A stretch of 64,000 bases of DNA from Takakia lepidozioides (taxonomy: Eukaryota; Plantae; Bryophyta), in assembly GCA_030704615.1 (NCBI GenBank), contig CM060733.1, positions 65,596,001 through 65,660,000 on the forward strand, read 5' to 3'. The translations under genes and the position numbers were made by a program. Positions 62,901 to 64,000 of the stretch are shown piece after piece (the stretch's first letter is position 1; each line of letters opens with the position of its first letter). A model generated the notes under the pieces. The model saw only the letters and a list, made by a program, of their open reading frames with translations, did not search any database and was not told where the DNA came from.

Positions 62901-63257
62901 TTTCATTCGGCTTGGAACAATTTGACAACACAGAAATTCGGCCCTGAAGATATTTTCTTTAAGGGACATGAGGCATGGAAATACTTGCACTGTTCCAAAG
63001 TCATTGGCACACCTCTTACCTATACAGATAAGGAGTTCAGGACGTTCACTAATTTTGCTTGCCAGCGCTTACAACAAGTTGTACAATTTAAACTTCTAGA
63101 TATGGTCGGACAACATTGTATGCCACACAAGATTCCACTTAAAGTTCGGCCGTTAAAACACCTAAGGGGAGACGAGGATTCTGATACTACTGTTTCTTCA
63201 GCGGACTCTTTTGACATGGCAGAGGACCATGCACTTCAGATGGTAGAGAAGAAATGA
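59969..63257 (+). pseudogene. Degenerate extra ORF 3' of integrase (plant-transposon-type domain plus coiled coil)
   Basis: FMIQFLQNF...VRGVDIEITPQYLQQLFDLPSG, then a long heptad/Glu-Gln-rich segment at 61300-62200. Broken by stops and frameshifts. Confidence 0.6.
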
Positions 63258-63764
63258 CGGGGATCTCCTATGCCTGAGAGGTTACCTCGTTATCAGCCAA
63301 AGGAGGGTCAGACATTTCCAGGTAGTGCTCAGTCATCTCCGTCAACCAGTGACAGAACTCGGGCTTGCACACGGAGTCCTTCACGAGACTCTCATCGTCA
63401 GAAGGGTGCTCGCTCACAAAGGTTTGCTAATCCCAAACAGTAAACCATGAGGACACGGCTTTTTGAGAGGGGGAGGGGTAAATGTTAGAGGGCTGCTTGG
63501 GACTTAGACGCTTTTACGGAATCTGTGGGGTACCCTTAATTTTGCAGGGCATCTGGCAACGAAATGCCATATGAAAGACAAATATTGTGATATTTCTCAT
63601 ATGAGCAACCATAATACCAGCCATTGTATTTACAATCAACGAGACAAGGGAAAATAAAATAATATATATATAGACGCGTTGCCAAAGCAAGCGTAACTTA
63701 TGGTGTCACTTGACTCCATAGGGCTACTGCCTTCCGGTGGGAAGGTGGACACCGCAATGACTTC

Positions 63765-63830
63765 CAACAGGGTGGATTGAACCCACAACCACTCGTGAGA
63801 GGGTGTGTGCCCTTACCACTAGGCTACATG
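63765..63830 (-). mobile_element. tRNA-derived (SINE-like) head with Pol III A and B boxes
   Basis: The minus strand reads TGTAGCCTAGTGGTAAGG...GGGTTCAATCC. Confidence 0.5.
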
Positions 63831-64000
63831 CTGATTCAGGGGACAAGAAGAGTGAGTACACACGAGAGGTGGGGTTACACAAGTCCAAGTTCGACAAGGA
63901 GGAACGGAAGGGCTACGACGATATAATACTTGAAATTGTTATCAAATGCCACGGGATGACCATCCACCATGGGATAAGGAACATCAACCCAAAAACAAAG

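Larger units (their letters stand above)
55840..63543 (+). mobile_element. pol: 3' half of the same non-chromoviral gypsy family: RT-RH-IN (56439-59650, several stops), long extra ORF, PPT and truncated 3' LTR
   Basis: DVFAWSY, FMDGFSGYNQ, FLDD, HCDAS, WGLDFVGP, SDQGSHF. PPT GAGAGGGGAGGGG at ~63466-63478. The LTR start at 63483 matches the reverse complement of 55780-55839. Confidence 0.9.

Noticed and set aside
63765-63835. Functional tRNA gene
   Set aside because: A and B boxes are present, but I could not build a convincing acceptor stem or anticodon arm.

Overview
Eukaryotic, transposon-rich genomic DNA, most likely from a non-seed land plant (inferred from RETICULATA-RELATED, EXA1-like and PLS-class PPR genes, GT-AG introns, and gypsy RT of the FLDD type). 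Two host genes lie tail to tail: an intronless RER2/3-like gene (+, ~11.3-12.4 kb, one frameshift) and a 12-exon EXA1/GIGYF-like GYF-domain gene (-, 26932->15079, ~2165 aa by my manual splice model). The rest is nested mobile DNA. (i) 1-9 kb is a compound element: a spliced ParB/Srx-like gene, an array of ~116-bp repeats each holding a 17-bp-arm palindrome, and two convergent MULE-related genes fused by a deletion. (ii) 27.8-45.1 kb is tandem non-autonomous Helitrons, interrupted by a ~3.2-kb solo LTR, itself interrupted by the most notable feature. This is an 11.9-kb Ty3/gypsy-type retrotransposon (31080-42969) with a DNMT3-like C5-cytosine methyltransferase between protease and RT and a PHD finger fused to a DDE integrase. 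It has a self-priming PBS and split direct repeats (A1...B1-A2-B2) instead of ordinary LTRs, TGTC...GACA ends and a 4-bp TSD. (iii) 45-64 kb holds an amine oxidase remnant, scrambled PPR pseudogene pieces and a rearranged non-chromoviral gypsy element whose 5' half is inverted. All calls come from reading motifs by eye; no searches were run.
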